A DNA stretch of 63,824 nt, filler included, from Acidimicrobiia bacterium (GCA_041619515.1; 4 parts of 4 records of this genome joined end to end with filler, not necessarily neighbours in it), one strand, 5' to 3'; positions 27,860 through 37,951 are shown, counted from the first letter of the whole stretch. A program made the numbers and translations. Notes: generated by a model not told the origin, from the sequence alone.

Positions 27860-29344
27860 GTGGAGACAGTCTGGGTCCTGGGAGACCAGCTCAATCGGCG
27901 AATAACCAGCCTGGCGGAGCGCACGCCGGAGGACACCCGGGTGCTCTTCGTCGAGAGCGCTGCCAAGCTCGGCTCAAAGCCGTACCATCGTCAGCGCCTC
28001 CACCTCGTCATCACCGCCATGCGGCGGTTCGCCGCCGAGCTCGAAGACGCCGGATTCGAAGTCGATCACCGCACCGAGGAGAGCTTCGCCGCCGGCCTGG
28101 CCGCCCACCGGGACGAGTTTGGGCCGGATTCGATCACCGCCATGGAGCCGATGTCCTACCGGATGCTGCAACGCTTGCCCGGGCTGGGTGTCACCGTTGT
28201 GCGCTCCAACCAGTTCTTGTGCCACTACGAAGATTTCGCCGCCTGGGCGGACGGGCGCAAGCGGCTGGTCATGGAGGATTTCTACCGCATGCAGCGGGAG
28301 CGGCTCGGCTACCTGATGGACGGGGACGAACCGTCGGGCGGAGAGTGGAACTTCGACGCCGACAACCGCCAGCCGCCCCCGAAGGACGGGCGGGCGTGGC
28401 CGACACCGGTCCGCAGCCGGCTCGACGACCTCGACAGGGAAGTGATCGGCGCATTGCCCGAGTCGGCGGTGGGTGCCGACCCCGACGGAACCTGGGCCAC
28501 GTCGCGCCGAGCCGCCCTCGCTCGCCTGCGCCACGTCGTCGACAACGTGCTCCCCATTTTCGGGCCTCACGAGGACGCCATGCTCACCGGCGAGTGGTCC
28601 ATGGGGCACACGCTGCTGAGCCCGTACCTCAACCTCGGCCTGCTCTATCCGGACGAAGTGTGCGATGCCGCCGAGGAGGCCTATCGGGAGGGCAGGATCC
28701 CGATTGCCTCGGCCGAGGGGTTCATCCGCCAGATCATCGGGTGGCGGGAGTATGTGTGGGGTACCTACTGGCTATGGATGCCCGGCTATGCCGGCGTAAA
28801 CGAGCTGGATGCCGGCCGCCCGCTGCCTCCGCTCTATCGCTCGGGCCGCACCGCTATGAACTGTGTGTCGGAGTCATTGGATTCGGTCGACCAGCATGCC
28901 TACGCCCACCATATCCAGCGCCTCATGGTGCTTGGCAACCTCGCGCTCCTGACCGGAGTCGTGCCCCAGCAGATGGTCGAATGGATGTGGGCGTCGTTCG
29001 TCGACGGTGCCGAGTGGGTGATGCTCCCCAACGTGCTCGGGATGGGGCTCTATGCGGACGGCGGCCGAATGGCGACCAAGCCCTATGCCGCAGGCGGCAA
29101 CTACATCAACCGGATGAGCGACTACTGCGGGGATTGTCGGTTCGATCCGAAGAAGCGAGTGGGGCCCGACGCCTGTCCCTTCACCACCCTGTACTGGCAT
29201 TTCCTCGACGGCGCCCGCGATGTGCTTGGCAGCAATCACCGGATGGGACGCCAGCTCCACGCACTCGACCGGCTCGGCGATCTCGAGGCGGTACTCGATC
29301 GTGCGTCGGAAGTGTTGGACCGGCTCGACGCCGGCGAGCTCTAG
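27860..29344 (+). CDS. FeS-cluster bacterial cryptochrome/(6-4) photolyase (PhrB-like)
   Basis: LGDQL, MEDFYR, GGEWNFDADNR, YAHHIQRLMVLGN, Cys in MNC/YCGDC/ACPF. Confidence 0.9.
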   Translation: METVWVLGDQLNRRITSLAERTPEDTRVLFVESAAKLGSKPYHRQRLHLVITAMRRFAAELEDAGFEVDHRTEESFAAGLAAHRDEFGPDSITAMEPMSYRMLQRLPGLGVTVVRSNQFLCHYEDFAAWADGRKRLVMEDFYRMQRERLGYLMDGDEPSGGEWNFDADNRQPPPKDGRAWPTPVRSRLDDLDREVIGALPESAVGADPDGTWATSRRAALARLRHVVDNVLPIFGPHEDAMLTGEWSMGHTLLSPYLNLGLLYPDEVCDAAEEAYREGRIPIASAEGFIRQIIGWREYVWGTYWLWMPGYAGVNELDAGRPLPPLYRSGRTAMNCVSESLDSVDQHAYAHHIQRLMVLGNLALLTGVVPQQMVEWMWASFVDGAEWVMLPNVLGMGLYADGGRMATKPYAAGGNYINRMSDYCGDCRFDPKKRVGPDACPFTTLYWHFLDGARDVLGSNHRMGRQLHALDRLGDLEAVLDRASEVLDRLDAGEL

Positions 29345-29526
29345 CCGGATTGCTTGGGAGCGAGGACCTCGGTGTTGCCCTCCATGATGATGTCGGGAGC
29401 ACCGGCAGCCGACGCCTGGTCGATGCGATAGAGCTCACTGAACCTCAGTGAGAGAAAGACGATCGTCGCCCACGTGAGGAAGATGAATATCACGGCCCCG
29501 ATCGAGAAGATCCATACGTCACTCAT
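29341..29526 (-). CDS. Small membrane protein
   Basis: 61 aa with one TM helix; ATGA overlap with the upstream gene; GGAGAGG RBS. Confidence 0.55.
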   Translation of the reverse strand: MSDVWIFSIGAVIFIFLTWATIVFLSLRFSELYRIDQASAAGAPDIIMEGNTEVLAPKQSG

Positions 29527-29747
29527 GAGCGGTCCTCTCCCACGAGGACAAGTGTTCCGAGAGAGTGAATCGCAGGCACCCACAGGCCGACGAACAGGCC
29601 GACCTCGCGGTCGACCAGGAACCACAGCGACACGGACAATACGAAGGACACGAACGCGGCGGCGAGAAAGGCCAGCTTGAGGCGATGGAATGAGGAAAGC
29701 ATCGACCAGATGCTCTTGTCGCCGGTCAGCGCAATGCGGTTGGTCAT
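29523..29747 (-). CDS. Small membrane protein (GLFVGLWVP motif)
   Basis: AAGGAG RBS; two TM helices. Confidence 0.65.
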   Translation of the reverse strand: MTNRIALTGDKSIWSMLSSFHRLKLAFLAAAFVSFVLSVSLWFLVDREVGLFVGLWVPAIHSLGTLVLVGEDRS

Positions 29748-29840
29748 GGTAAAACTCCTTTGCTTCTACAACACCTACGAGACCGCCCGCCGTCCCGGAT
29801 GACCGCTCGAGGATTGGAGGGCCGGGCAATCCGCCCGCCG

Positions 29841-30818
29841 TCAATCGTAGACGCCGGGGTTGGCACAGGCCCGGAGATGCTCCCCGCGCAGCCCAGCCAC
29901 CAGATTGTCGGCAGCAAGGTCGGCCATCGCCTCCCGGGTGCGACGACTGGAGCTGCCGAGATGCGGCAGGATGAAACAGTTGGGCAGCCCTACGAGTGGA
30001 TGGTCGGCCGGGATCGGCTCGGGGTCGGTCACGTCCAGCCCGGCCGCCGCGATCTCGCCCGACCTGAGTGCTGCGGCCAGAGCGTCGGAATCCACGGTTC
30101 CGCCTCGGGAGATATTCACGAGCGTGGCGGTCGGCTTCATCCGGCCGAGGGCACCGGCACCGATCAGGCCCGCCGTTTCGGGAGTCAGCGGCGTCGCTAC
30201 GACGACATGGTCGCTCTCGGACAGCAGGTCGTCGAGGTCACGGTAGAGGACCCCGATGTCGGCTTCCGCCTGCGGGTCCCGGTGACGGCTGAAATACAGG
30301 ACTCGCATCCCGAAACCGGCTCCCCGGCGAGCCACTGCGCGGCCGACCCGGCCGAGTCCGATGATGCCGAGGCTGGACGAGTGGATGTCATGGCCGAGCA
30401 GCAGCTCGGGTTCCCACCGTCGCCACCGTCCCGCCCGGACGTAGTCGCGCCCCTCTCCGAACCGCCGGGCTGCGGCCATGAGCAGTCCGAAGGCGGTGTC
30501 GGCGGTCGTTTCGGTCAGGACGTCGGGTGTATGCCCCACCGGAATGCCGCGGTCGGTGCAGGCTGCAAGGTCGATGTTGTCGACGCCGACGGCCATCGTG
30601 CTCACCACCCGCAAGTCGGGCGCCGCTTCCAGCAGGCCGGCGTCGACGGTGTCGGTGAGCATGCAGTAGAGGCCGGCCGCTGAGCGAAGCCGGCGCCGCA
30701 GCTCCTCGGCCGGGATGGGACGGTCTTCCTCCCACACCCACGCCTCGGACGCACCCGCAATCTTCTGGAGGGCGGCTCCTGGCGGACGCCGGGTGACGAC
30801 GGCTCGCAACCTGGTCAT
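29841..30818 (-). CDS. D-glycerate dehydrogenase/glyoxylate reductase
   Basis: AVGVDNID, TPDVLTETTAD, GLGRVG, NISRG, LDVTDPEP, PHLGS. Confidence 0.88.
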   Translation of the reverse strand: MTRLRAVVTRRPPGAALQKIAGASEAWVWEEDRPIPAEELRRRLRSAAGLYCMLTDTVDAGLLEAAPDLRVVSTMAVGVDNIDLAACTDRGIPVGHTPDVLTETTADTAFGLLMAAARRFGEGRDYVRAGRWRRWEPELLLGHDIHSSSLGIIGLGRVGRAVARRGAGFGMRVLYFSRHRDPQAEADIGVLYRDLDDLLSESDHVVVATPLTPETAGLIGAGALGRMKPTATLVNISRGGTVDSDALAAALRSGEIAAAGLDVTDPEPIPADHPLVGLPNCFILPHLGSSSRRTREAMADLAADNLVAGLRGEHLRACANPGVYD

Positions 30819-30857
30819 GGTGCCATTCTTCCAGCCCGCCGACCCAAGCCCGCCCGG

Positions 30858-32084
30858 CTAGCGCACCGCCGCCATGCGAGAGATCGTTCCGGTCAGCGAT
30901 ACCACCAGGACGCTGCCGTCGGCGTCGACCCCGAAGCTGCTGATGGACGGGACCCCGGTGAGCAGCTCGGCCTCGCCCACGGCCACCCCGTCCTGGTAGA
31001 AGAACCCGCGCACGAACCCGGTGCAGAAGTCGCCGTAGATGTAGAAGCCGTCCAGCTCGGGAATCGCCGGGTCGTGCATCACGACTCCGCCGGTGATCGA
31101 GCAACCGTCGGCGTGGGTGTACTCGGCCACCGGCTCCAGCAACCCGGTACGGTCGCAGCCGGCATCGGCGAAGCATTCTGTTCCCTCCAGGACTGACCAG
31201 CCGAAGTTGGGCGGCTGCCCGGGTTGCACCGTGCCGATATCTACGACCGTGACTTCTTCGATCCTTCTCTGGCCGACGTCGGCGACATACAACAGGTCGC
31301 CGTCGAAGCTGTATCGCCACGGGTTGCGAAGCCCATAGGCGAACGTCAGCGGGTCACCGGCCTCTTCGCCGATCGGGTTGTCCGATGGGATGGTGTAGGC
31401 CAGGGCGTTCGAGGCCCGGGGATCGAGCCGGAGCATCGAGCCGAGGCGAGTGAAAGGATCCTGACCGGTTCCGAACCGGTCGTCGGAGCCTCCCCCGTCG
31501 CCCATGCCAACGTACAGCAAGCCGTCTGGCCCAAACGCCAGGTTGCCCCCGTTGTGATTTCCGGCCGGCTGGTCGATCTCGAGCAGAACCCGCTCGGTGC
31601 CTGGATCCAGCGTGCCCTCGAGCCTTTGGAACTCCGACACGACGGTGTCCCCGCCGGTGTCGGTGTAGTTGACGTACCAGAGGTCTGGATCGTCTGGGTG
31701 GAAAGCGAGCCCGAGCAGCCCCTGCTCGTTGCCTCCCGACCCCACCCGGGCATCGATGTCGAGCCGGGCGCTTCCGTCGATCCCGAGGATGCGGCCTCGC
31801 CGCTCCACCACGAGCAGCTCCCCGGTGCCGGGATCAACGCCGGCCCAGACGGGTTGCTCGAATCCGTCCGCCACCGGCTCCAGCACCACTCCCTGCAGCG
31901 GGGGGAGGGCGGTTGTGGTCGTCGTCGCTTGCGGGGTCGCCGACGACGTGGACGAAGCAGGAGTCGAGGTCGAGGTCGAGGTCGACGGCACGGACGGGAG
32001 GCTCGTAGAGGTGGCGGACTCGCCGCCGCCACAGGACGCACCGACCAGAGCGAGCACGATCGAAATGAGAGCAGCTCGTCGCAT
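30858..32084 (-). CDS. PQQ-dependent sugar dehydrogenase family lipoprotein
   Basis: Lipobox GASC, Ser/Thr linker, NHNGGNLAFGPDG, GLRNPW, DVGQ. Confidence 0.85.
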   Translation of the reverse strand: MRRAALISIVLALVGASCGGGESATSTSLPSVPSTSTSTSTPASSTSSATPQATTTTTALPPLQGVVLEPVADGFEQPVWAGVDPGTGELLVVERRGRILGIDGSARLDIDARVGSGGNEQGLLGLAFHPDDPDLWYVNYTDTGGDTVVSEFQRLEGTLDPGTERVLLEIDQPAGNHNGGNLAFGPDGLLYVGMGDGGGSDDRFGTGQDPFTRLGSMLRLDPRASNALAYTIPSDNPIGEEAGDPLTFAYGLRNPWRYSFDGDLLYVADVGQRRIEEVTVVDIGTVQPGQPPNFGWSVLEGTECFADAGCDRTGLLEPVAEYTHADGCSITGGVVMHDPAIPELDGFYIYGDFCTGFVRGFFYQDGVAVGEAELLTGVPSISSFGVDADGSVLVVSLTGTISRMAAVR

Positions 32085-32184
32085 GGGTCGCGAGGCTATC
32101 GGGCGGGTGGCGGTAGCGGGTCATGTGAGCCGAGCCCGGGCCCGGGTCTGCGAGGACCCTGCAAAACCCCTACGCTCTCTGACC

Positions 32185-33319
32185 GTGACGTATCGGCCGG
32201 CATACGAGGGCATCGACGAAACTGAATATCAGCGCCGGATTCGCGCCTGGACACTGTACGACTGGGCCAATTCGGCGTTCGCTACCACCATCCTCGCCGC
32301 CGTGCTTCCCATCTACTACAGCCAGGTGGCGGGGAACACGCTTCCCAGTGCGGCGGTTGCCACCGCCTATTGGACCGCCGGCCTCAGCCTGGCGCTCTTC
32401 ATCGTTGCAATCATCTCCCCCATCCTCGGCACCATCTCCGACATCCGGCGCGGCAAGAAGAAATTCTTGGCCATCTCCGTCGGTGTCGGCGTCGTCGCCA
32501 CCGGGCTGCTGGTGCTGGTCGGCTCGGGGGATTGGCTGCTTGCCTCCATGCTGTTCATTGTCGGCCGGGTCGGATTCGGGGCGGCCAACGTCTTCTACGA
32601 CTCTCTCCTTCCCCATGTCGCCCGCGCCGAGGACCAGGACAGGGTCTCCGCCCGCGGCTACGCAGTCGGATACCTCGGAGGTGGGCTGCTCCTCGCCGTC
32701 AACGCCGCCATGATCTTCGTGATCGGTCCCGAAGGCGGTGCCCGGCTCTCCTTCCTGTCGGTGGCGGTGTGGTGGGCGGTGTTCTCGATTCCACTCCTGC
32801 GGCGGGTGCCCGAGCCCCCGGCGGCCACGGAGGACCTCGCCGAAGGCGAATCGGTCTTGCGGGTGAGCTTCGGGCGCTTGAAGGACACACTGGCGCATAT
32901 CCGCCGCTTCCGGCAGCTGTTTCGCTTTCTCATCGCCTTCCTCATCTACAACGACGGGATCGGCACCATCATCGGTGTAGCTGCCATCTACGGGGCCGAG
33001 CTCGGATTCGGTGCCACGGAGCTCATCCTGGCGCTGCTGCTCGTGCAGTTCGTCGGCATCCCCTTCGCGCTGATCTTCGGGCGAATACCCGATCCCACTG
33101 AGGAACGCCGGCGGGCCTTTCTCGCCTTCATCGTGTTCAACCTGCTGGCGCTCCCGCTGGTCGGCATCGTCGGCGCCCGGGTACTCGACGCCGATACCGT
33201 CGGACGGCCCGGAGCCCCCTTCGAGACCTCGGGCCAGTTTCTCGGCGAGGGCGAGTACGGGCTGGATAGCTTCGCAGTGCTCCCTCCCACCGGGGCCTGG
33301 GAGCTCCGAACCGAGGACG
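32185..33319 (+). CDS. MFS transporter (UMF1/ATG22-like), 3' truncated
   Basis: [34 protein letters not shown]. Confidence 0.85.
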
Positions 33320-33419
33320 NNNNNNNNNNNNNNNNNNNNNNNNNNNNNNNNNNNNNNNNNNNNTTAATTAATTAANNNNNNNNNNNNNNNNNNNNNNNNN
33401 NNNNNNNNNNNNNNNNNNN
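33320..33419. other. Artificial contig linker
   Basis: N run flanking TTAATTAATTAA. Confidence 0.97.
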
Positions 33420-34193
33420 GCCCGCCATCCGGACGTCTTTGCCGGGCACGAGGCTGCGCTTGTCGGTGAGGTGCGCCGGCTGGGACCCCGCGACGCGTCC
33501 CGGCTCATTGCCTACTGGCGCCAGGCCCTCGACCACCACGACGAGGACGGAGCCGCCCGGCACCGGCGGCGGCGGTTGAGCATCGTCTCCACCTTTGAAG
33601 GGATGGTGCATGGAGAGTTCGAGCTCGACCCCGAGGGCGGCGAAGTGGTCATGACGGCGCTGCTGGCCTTGTCGGAGACCACCGACCGGTCAGACGAGAG
33701 GACTCCCGCTCAACGCCGGGCCGACGCTCTCGTCGACCTGTGCCGCGACTACCTCGATCACGGAAACGCTCCGGTTCGGGGCGGGGAGAAGCCCCACATC
33801 ACTCTGCTCGTATCTCTCGAAACGTTGGAACACCGGAGCGGAAGGCCATGCGAGCTCGAACAAGCGGGCGTCATCAGCGCCGGCGCGGCCCGGCGTATCG
33901 CCTGTGACGCCGGCATCAGCCGCCTGATCACCAACGGTACGTCTGAGCCCCTGGACGTGGGGCGCCGGACTCGAACCATCCCACCGGCCATCCGCCGGGC
34001 GCTCATGGTGCGAGACGGCGGGTGCGTCATCGCCGGCTGCGATCGGCCGGCTCGGTGGTGCGATGCCCATCACATCCAGCACTGGCTCGACGGTGGTTCG
34101 ACAGCGCTGGAGAATCTCGAGCTGCTGTGCCGGCGCCATCACCGAATGCAGCATGAGGGAGCGTCCTTGTCGCGCAAGGCGCGGGCGCCGTAG
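33420..34193 (+). CDS. DUF222/HNH endonuclease protein (13E12-like), 5' truncated
   Basis: RTPAQRRADAL, RRIACDA, RDGGCVIAGC, DAHHIQHW, LLCRRHH. Confidence 0.88.
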   Translation, partial: ARHPDVFAGHEAALVGEVRRLGPRDASRLIAYWRQALDHHDEDGAARHRRRRLSIVSTFEGMVHGEFELDPEGGEVVMTALLALSETTDRSDERTPAQRRADALVDLCRDYLDHGNAPVRGGEKPHITLLVSLETLEHRSGRPCELEQAGVISAGAARRIACDAGISRLITNGTSEPLDVGRRTRTIPPAIRRALMVRDGGCVIAGCDRPARWCDAHHIQHWLDGGSTALENLELLCRRHHRMQHEGASLSRKARAP

Positions 34194-34253
34194 CCGGTGG
34201 CTCGCGTCGGCGCGAGCTCTCTCGAACATCCGCCACTACATTGCGAGGCAGTC

Positions 34254-34766
34254 ATGCCGGTCTCGCCCGTTGCCCATCGTCAGGAGATCGCTGCACCAGC
34301 ACCTGCAGTGTGGGAACTGATCTCGACCGCCGGACATCTCGTGGAGTGCCATCCGTTTTGCGCTGCCAACCCGGTCGATGTCTGGCCGGGGGTCGGCTCG
34401 GAGGACCACATCGAGTATTTCAACGGCAGGACGATCACGCGCCGTTTCGTTGGGTGGCAGGAAGGCGCGGGCTATGACATCGAGATCACCGATGCCAACG
34501 GAACCGTTGCGACCGTCGACTGGCGACTGTCCGGTGAAGGGGCGGGGTCGGCCCTGACGATCGCCATCACGCCTCACCTGTTCGGAAACGTGCCCGCGGT
34601 GTTGCGATGGGTGCCGTACCGAGCACTGGTGCGCCCCATGCTTGCTCGCTATCTCCGTGCCGTGGTAGCGGGCATCGAGTGGCGAGTCACCACGGGCCGC
34701 CCGGTGCGGCGAAACCAGTTCGGGGCACATCGGTGGTTCTCGCCACCGGTGACCGAGCCACGGTGA
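34254..34766 (+). CDS. SRPBCC family protein
   Basis: QEIAAPAPAVWELIS...HPFC pattern. Confidence 0.7.
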   Translation: MPVSPVAHRQEIAAPAPAVWELISTAGHLVECHPFCAANPVDVWPGVGSEDHIEYFNGRTITRRFVGWQEGAGYDIEITDANGTVATVDWRLSGEGAGSALTIAITPHLFGNVPAVLRWVPYRALVRPMLARYLRAVVAGIEWRVTTGRPVRRNQFGAHRWFSPPVTEPR

Positions 34767-34831
34767 TCCCGCCGGCGGATGACCGAACGGCGACGGAATG
34801 ATCACACCGGCGATCTCGGCTTCCCCCCAGC

Positions 34832-35194
34832 TCAGCGCGGGGTTGCCGCTCGCTGCTTGAGGAGCGCCGAGATGCGCTGTCGGGTGACCCCGAACAGCTC
34901 GGCAATCGTTTCGATGGTGAGCCCCTCAGCCCGGAGCGCGAGAGCCTGAGCCACCCGGAGCTCGGCACCGGCCGTTTCGAGGGTTGTCATGTTCGTCGAC
35001 AAGAGCTCGACGACCCTCGGCGGTTCTTCGTCTCGAACCAGGTCGACGAGTGAGCCACCGTCTGCGAGACGCTCGCGAAGGTGGCGGGCTCTTCTCTGGA
35101 CCTCGAGGCTGCGTTCGACGTTGTGGGCGGCTGCGGATTCGATGTCGAGGAGAGCGCTCATGAGTCTGGTGAGATGCTCGCTGGGATGTGCCAC
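34832..35194 (-). CDS. Small HTH DNA-binding protein
   Basis: C-terminal EGLTIETIAELFGVTRQRISALL; leaderless GTG after TACTGT. Confidence 0.75.
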   Translation of the reverse strand: MAHPSEHLTRLMSALLDIESAAAHNVERSLEVQRRARHLRERLADGGSLVDLVRDEEPPRVVELLSTNMTTLETAGAELRVAQALALRAEGLTIETIAELFGVTRQRISALLKQRAATPR

Positions 35195-35200
35195 GGTTGA

Positions 35201-35280
35201 ACAGTAACCAGCATCACAGGTGTGTGTCAATAGCCCTTACAGCAATAGCTATTGACAATAGGTACCCAGATCAGTAGCAT
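35201..35280. promoter_or_regulatory. Back-to-back sigma-70 promoters with inverted-repeat operator
   Basis: Plus strand TTGACA(35252)-17-TAGCAT; minus strand TTGACA(35230)-18-TACTGT; inverted repeat TGTCAATAGC...GCTATTGACA and palindrome CAATAGCTATTG. Confidence 0.7.
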
Positions 35281-35324
35281 CCGCGCAGCATGCCGCAACC
35301 AGCGGTCGCCTCTCTGGAGAACCC

Positions 35325-36386
35325 ATGTCGATTATTGACACTCGTGACAACACCTCTTCCCCGACGCCTCCTGATGCACCCGAGCGGCGGTCGGTCGTCC
35401 GGCTCGTGTGGTGGATCGTCGCCGCAACGACCGTGGCGGTTCTCTTGGCCATCACGGGCTTGATAATCGGCGGGAGGACGCACGGCGCCGCCGGAACGGA
35501 CACGTGGATCGCCTATCAGTCGAGGGACCAGAAGGTTTTTCTCGTCCGGCCCGATGGCACAGGTGGACACTCGCCGGCCCGGGATGTCCCTGGGGGTTTT
35601 CAGATGAACCCGGATTGGTCGCCGGACGGCCGGCGACTCGTGTTCACCGTTGCCGATGCCGGGACCGACGATATGTGGGCGGTCGACGTCGACGGAACGG
35701 GAGCCCAGCGCCTCCTGGACTGTGAGGACCCGTGCGTCTGGCTCGACGACCCCTCGTGGTCGCCTGACGGCGCCTCGGTGATCTTCAGCCGCATGACCGA
35801 AGAGTCGGGCTCTGGTCGTTCGACGCTCGAAGTCCTCCGCCTGGACACCAACGCGGTCGAAATCGTCTTGACTGCAGGACCCACTGACCTTTATGCAGGC
35901 CCCCGCTGGTCGCCCTCCGGTGACTCGATCGTCGTCGAAGTGGCGCACCGGGCCGGACCCGGAGTCGACGATGACGTGACCGGAGTCACCCTCTCGATCG
36001 TCGAGCTGCGAACAACGCCGCCGAGCATCCGGCCCCTCACCGCACCCGGACTGTTCGCGGCCACGGCCGACTGGAGCCCGGACGGAAGTCTGATCGTGTT
36101 CTCAGCGCTCGCGCAGCCCGGTGACGACGCTCCAGATCTTTTCACAATCCGTCCGGACGGATCGGGTTTGAGGCAGGTGACGACCTTCGCCTCAAATGGG
36201 GGCAGCGCCGTGCACCCCTCCTTTACGCCCAATGGCCGACAGATCATCTTCGTGGCCCAGCAGCAACGAGGCGACAGCCCCGTCATGGCTACGGTCGAGC
36301 TGGACGGTAGTGGCCTCGGTCCGGCGACCAGCTCCGGATACAACTTCGGAACTCACCCCCGCATGCGGCCGATGATGAGGAACTGA
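35325..36386 (+). CDS. TolB-like beta-propeller (PD40 repeat) membrane-anchored protein
   Basis: Repeated PxWSPDG motifs; N-terminal TM helix. Confidence 0.85.
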   Translation: MSIIDTRDNTSSPTPPDAPERRSVVRLVWWIVAATTVAVLLAITGLIIGGRTHGAAGTDTWIAYQSRDQKVFLVRPDGTGGHSPARDVPGGFQMNPDWSPDGRRLVFTVADAGTDDMWAVDVDGTGAQRLLDCEDPCVWLDDPSWSPDGASVIFSRMTEESGSGRSTLEVLRLDTNAVEIVLTAGPTDLYAGPRWSPSGDSIVVEVAHRAGPGVDDDVTGVTLSIVELRTTPPSIRPLTAPGLFAATADWSPDGSLIVFSALAQPGDDAPDLFTIRPDGSGLRQVTTFASNGGSAVHPSFTPNGRQIIFVAQQQRGDSPVMATVELDGSGLGPATSSGYNFGTHPRMRPMMRN

Positions 36387-36572
36387 ACACCATGATTGAT
36401 GGGACGCGGCGGATGGCCGCCACGCGGTCGTCGCACACTCGGGCGGATCGCCTCCCCAGCCGCTAGCCCTGGAGCGGGCTCTCACGAAGGACTGTTGATG
36501 GAGGTACTGGCAGACGAATTCGACTGCCAGAGGCGGGAGGAGCTGCCAACCGCTGATCGATCCTCCTGGCCC

Positions 36573-37586
36573 CTACGAGGCGAGTGACCCGGCCTCCTTC
36601 TCGCTTATGTGCCCGGATCTGTAGAGCCACTTGATGGTGTCGGTGAGGGTCGTGTCGAGCGATGTGAAATCGACGCCCAATTCTTGTCTCGCCGGGGTGG
36701 AGTCGGCTTTCGCCGAGTTGGCCACCAGCCAGGGCCCCTCGTAACTCAGACCCAGTTCGACCCCGAACCTCGCCCGCGCCCAGTCGGCGGCACGGCCGGT
36801 GGCCAGCGCGACTGTGCCGGGAACCGGGATCGACCATAGGTTCCGTCCCGCCAGCTCTCCCAGCCGGGTTATGACTTCGCGAAAGCGGGCGTTGTGTCCG
36901 ACGGCGAGAAAGCGCCGCGGTCCGCGGCCGGGTCGCAGCACGGCGGCGTGAACCTCGGCGACGTCTCGAACATCGGAGATGGGAAGCAGCCCGTCGTTGA
37001 GCAGACGCAGCCGCCCTTTCAGGGCACTTTGCGCCAACTGGGCGCTCTCGCCCAGATACGGGTCATCGGGGCCCCACACCGAGCCGGGATAGGTCGTCAC
37101 CACCGGGACCCCCTCGGATTGGAAGCGACGAGCGATCCGTTCGGCCGCAGCCTTCGACCTGCTGTACGGGGGCGAAGGATCGCCGACATCGGACTCCCCG
37201 GTCACGGGCTTGTCGCTGGGAAGCAATGCCACGAAGCTGGACACGTGCACGATGGGATCGAGCCCGGCTGCCGAGGCCGCGGTCAGGACCAGCTCGGTTC
37301 CCTTCTCGTTGACTACATTCATGGCTTCGACCCGGCCGGGATCAAAGCTAAACACATTGGCTGCGTGGACGACGGCTTGACATCCCGAGATCGCAGCACC
37401 GACGGCCTGCTCGTCGGTGACATCTCCGACGACCACCTCCGAGACCGCCACTCCAAACGGCTCCAGCGCCGGCTCGACCCGATCGGGGGACCGAGCCAGT
37501 AGCCGTACCTGATGACCGTGCTTCACGAGCGCAGCCACCGTGTGCGATCCAACGAAGCCGGTTCCGCCGGTAACTAGGACGTGCAT
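36573..37586 (-). CDS. NAD-dependent epimerase/dehydratase
   Basis: VTGGTGFVG, YSRSK. Confidence 0.88.
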   Translation of the reverse strand: MHVLVTGGTGFVGSHTVAALVKHGHQVRLLARSPDRVEPALEPFGVAVSEVVVGDVTDEQAVGAAISGCQAVVHAANVFSFDPGRVEAMNVVNEKGTELVLTAASAAGLDPIVHVSSFVALLPSDKPVTGESDVGDPSPPYSRSKAAAERIARRFQSEGVPVVTTYPGSVWGPDDPYLGESAQLAQSALKGRLRLLNDGLLPISDVRDVAEVHAAVLRPGRGPRRFLAVGHNARFREVITRLGELAGRNLWSIPVPGTVALATGRAADWARARFGVELGLSYEGPWLVANSAKADSTPARQELGVDFTSLDTTLTDTIKWLYRSGHISEKEAGSLAS

Positions 37587-37652
37587 CGAGACCGTCTCCT
37601 TCCGGTCCCGTGCACCCTACCGATCCCCAGGAGTCGATGGAGGGCCCTCGGC

Positions 37653-37892
37653 CTATTCGCGGTCGTACTTGGTGTCGGCGACCTCGTGGCGCTCCGGGAC
37701 CAGGCCGTAGAGCTCGGAGAGGGTCGTCTGGATCTCCTCCTGGGACGCCCCCGTGCGCTCCCGGATCACGGCCGCGGCCTCGTCACGATCCCGGGGCAGG
37801 TCCGCCACGTCGTCGGCGGTCAGCGACGGCCACGCCTGGCGGAGGGCGGCGCGCGCTTCGGCCAGTTCGTCTCTGCGGTCAGATGTGCTCAT
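37653..37892 (-). CDS. CsbD-like small stress protein
   Basis: LRQAWPSLTADDV...IRERTG resembles the CsbD WGKLTDDD...IQERYG pattern; AAGGAGG RBS. Confidence 0.65.
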   Translation of the reverse strand: MSTSDRRDELAEARAALRQAWPSLTADDVADLPRDRDEAAAVIRERTGASQEEIQTTLSELYGLVPERHEVADTKYDRE

Positions 37893-37925
37893 AGCAACCC
37901 CTCCTTGAGTGTCCATCGTCTATCG

Positions 37926-37951
37926 GTACCCGGCCAGCCGCCCGTTCAAAC
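37926..37951 (-). promoter_or_regulatory. SigF/SigB-type stress promoter
   Basis: GTTT-16 bp-GGGTAC upstream of the csbD-like gene. Confidence 0.6.

Noticed and set aside
31963..31986. GTCGAG tandem repeat
   Set aside because: Encodes the Ser/Thr linker of the lipoprotein; not a CRISPR array or contingency locus.
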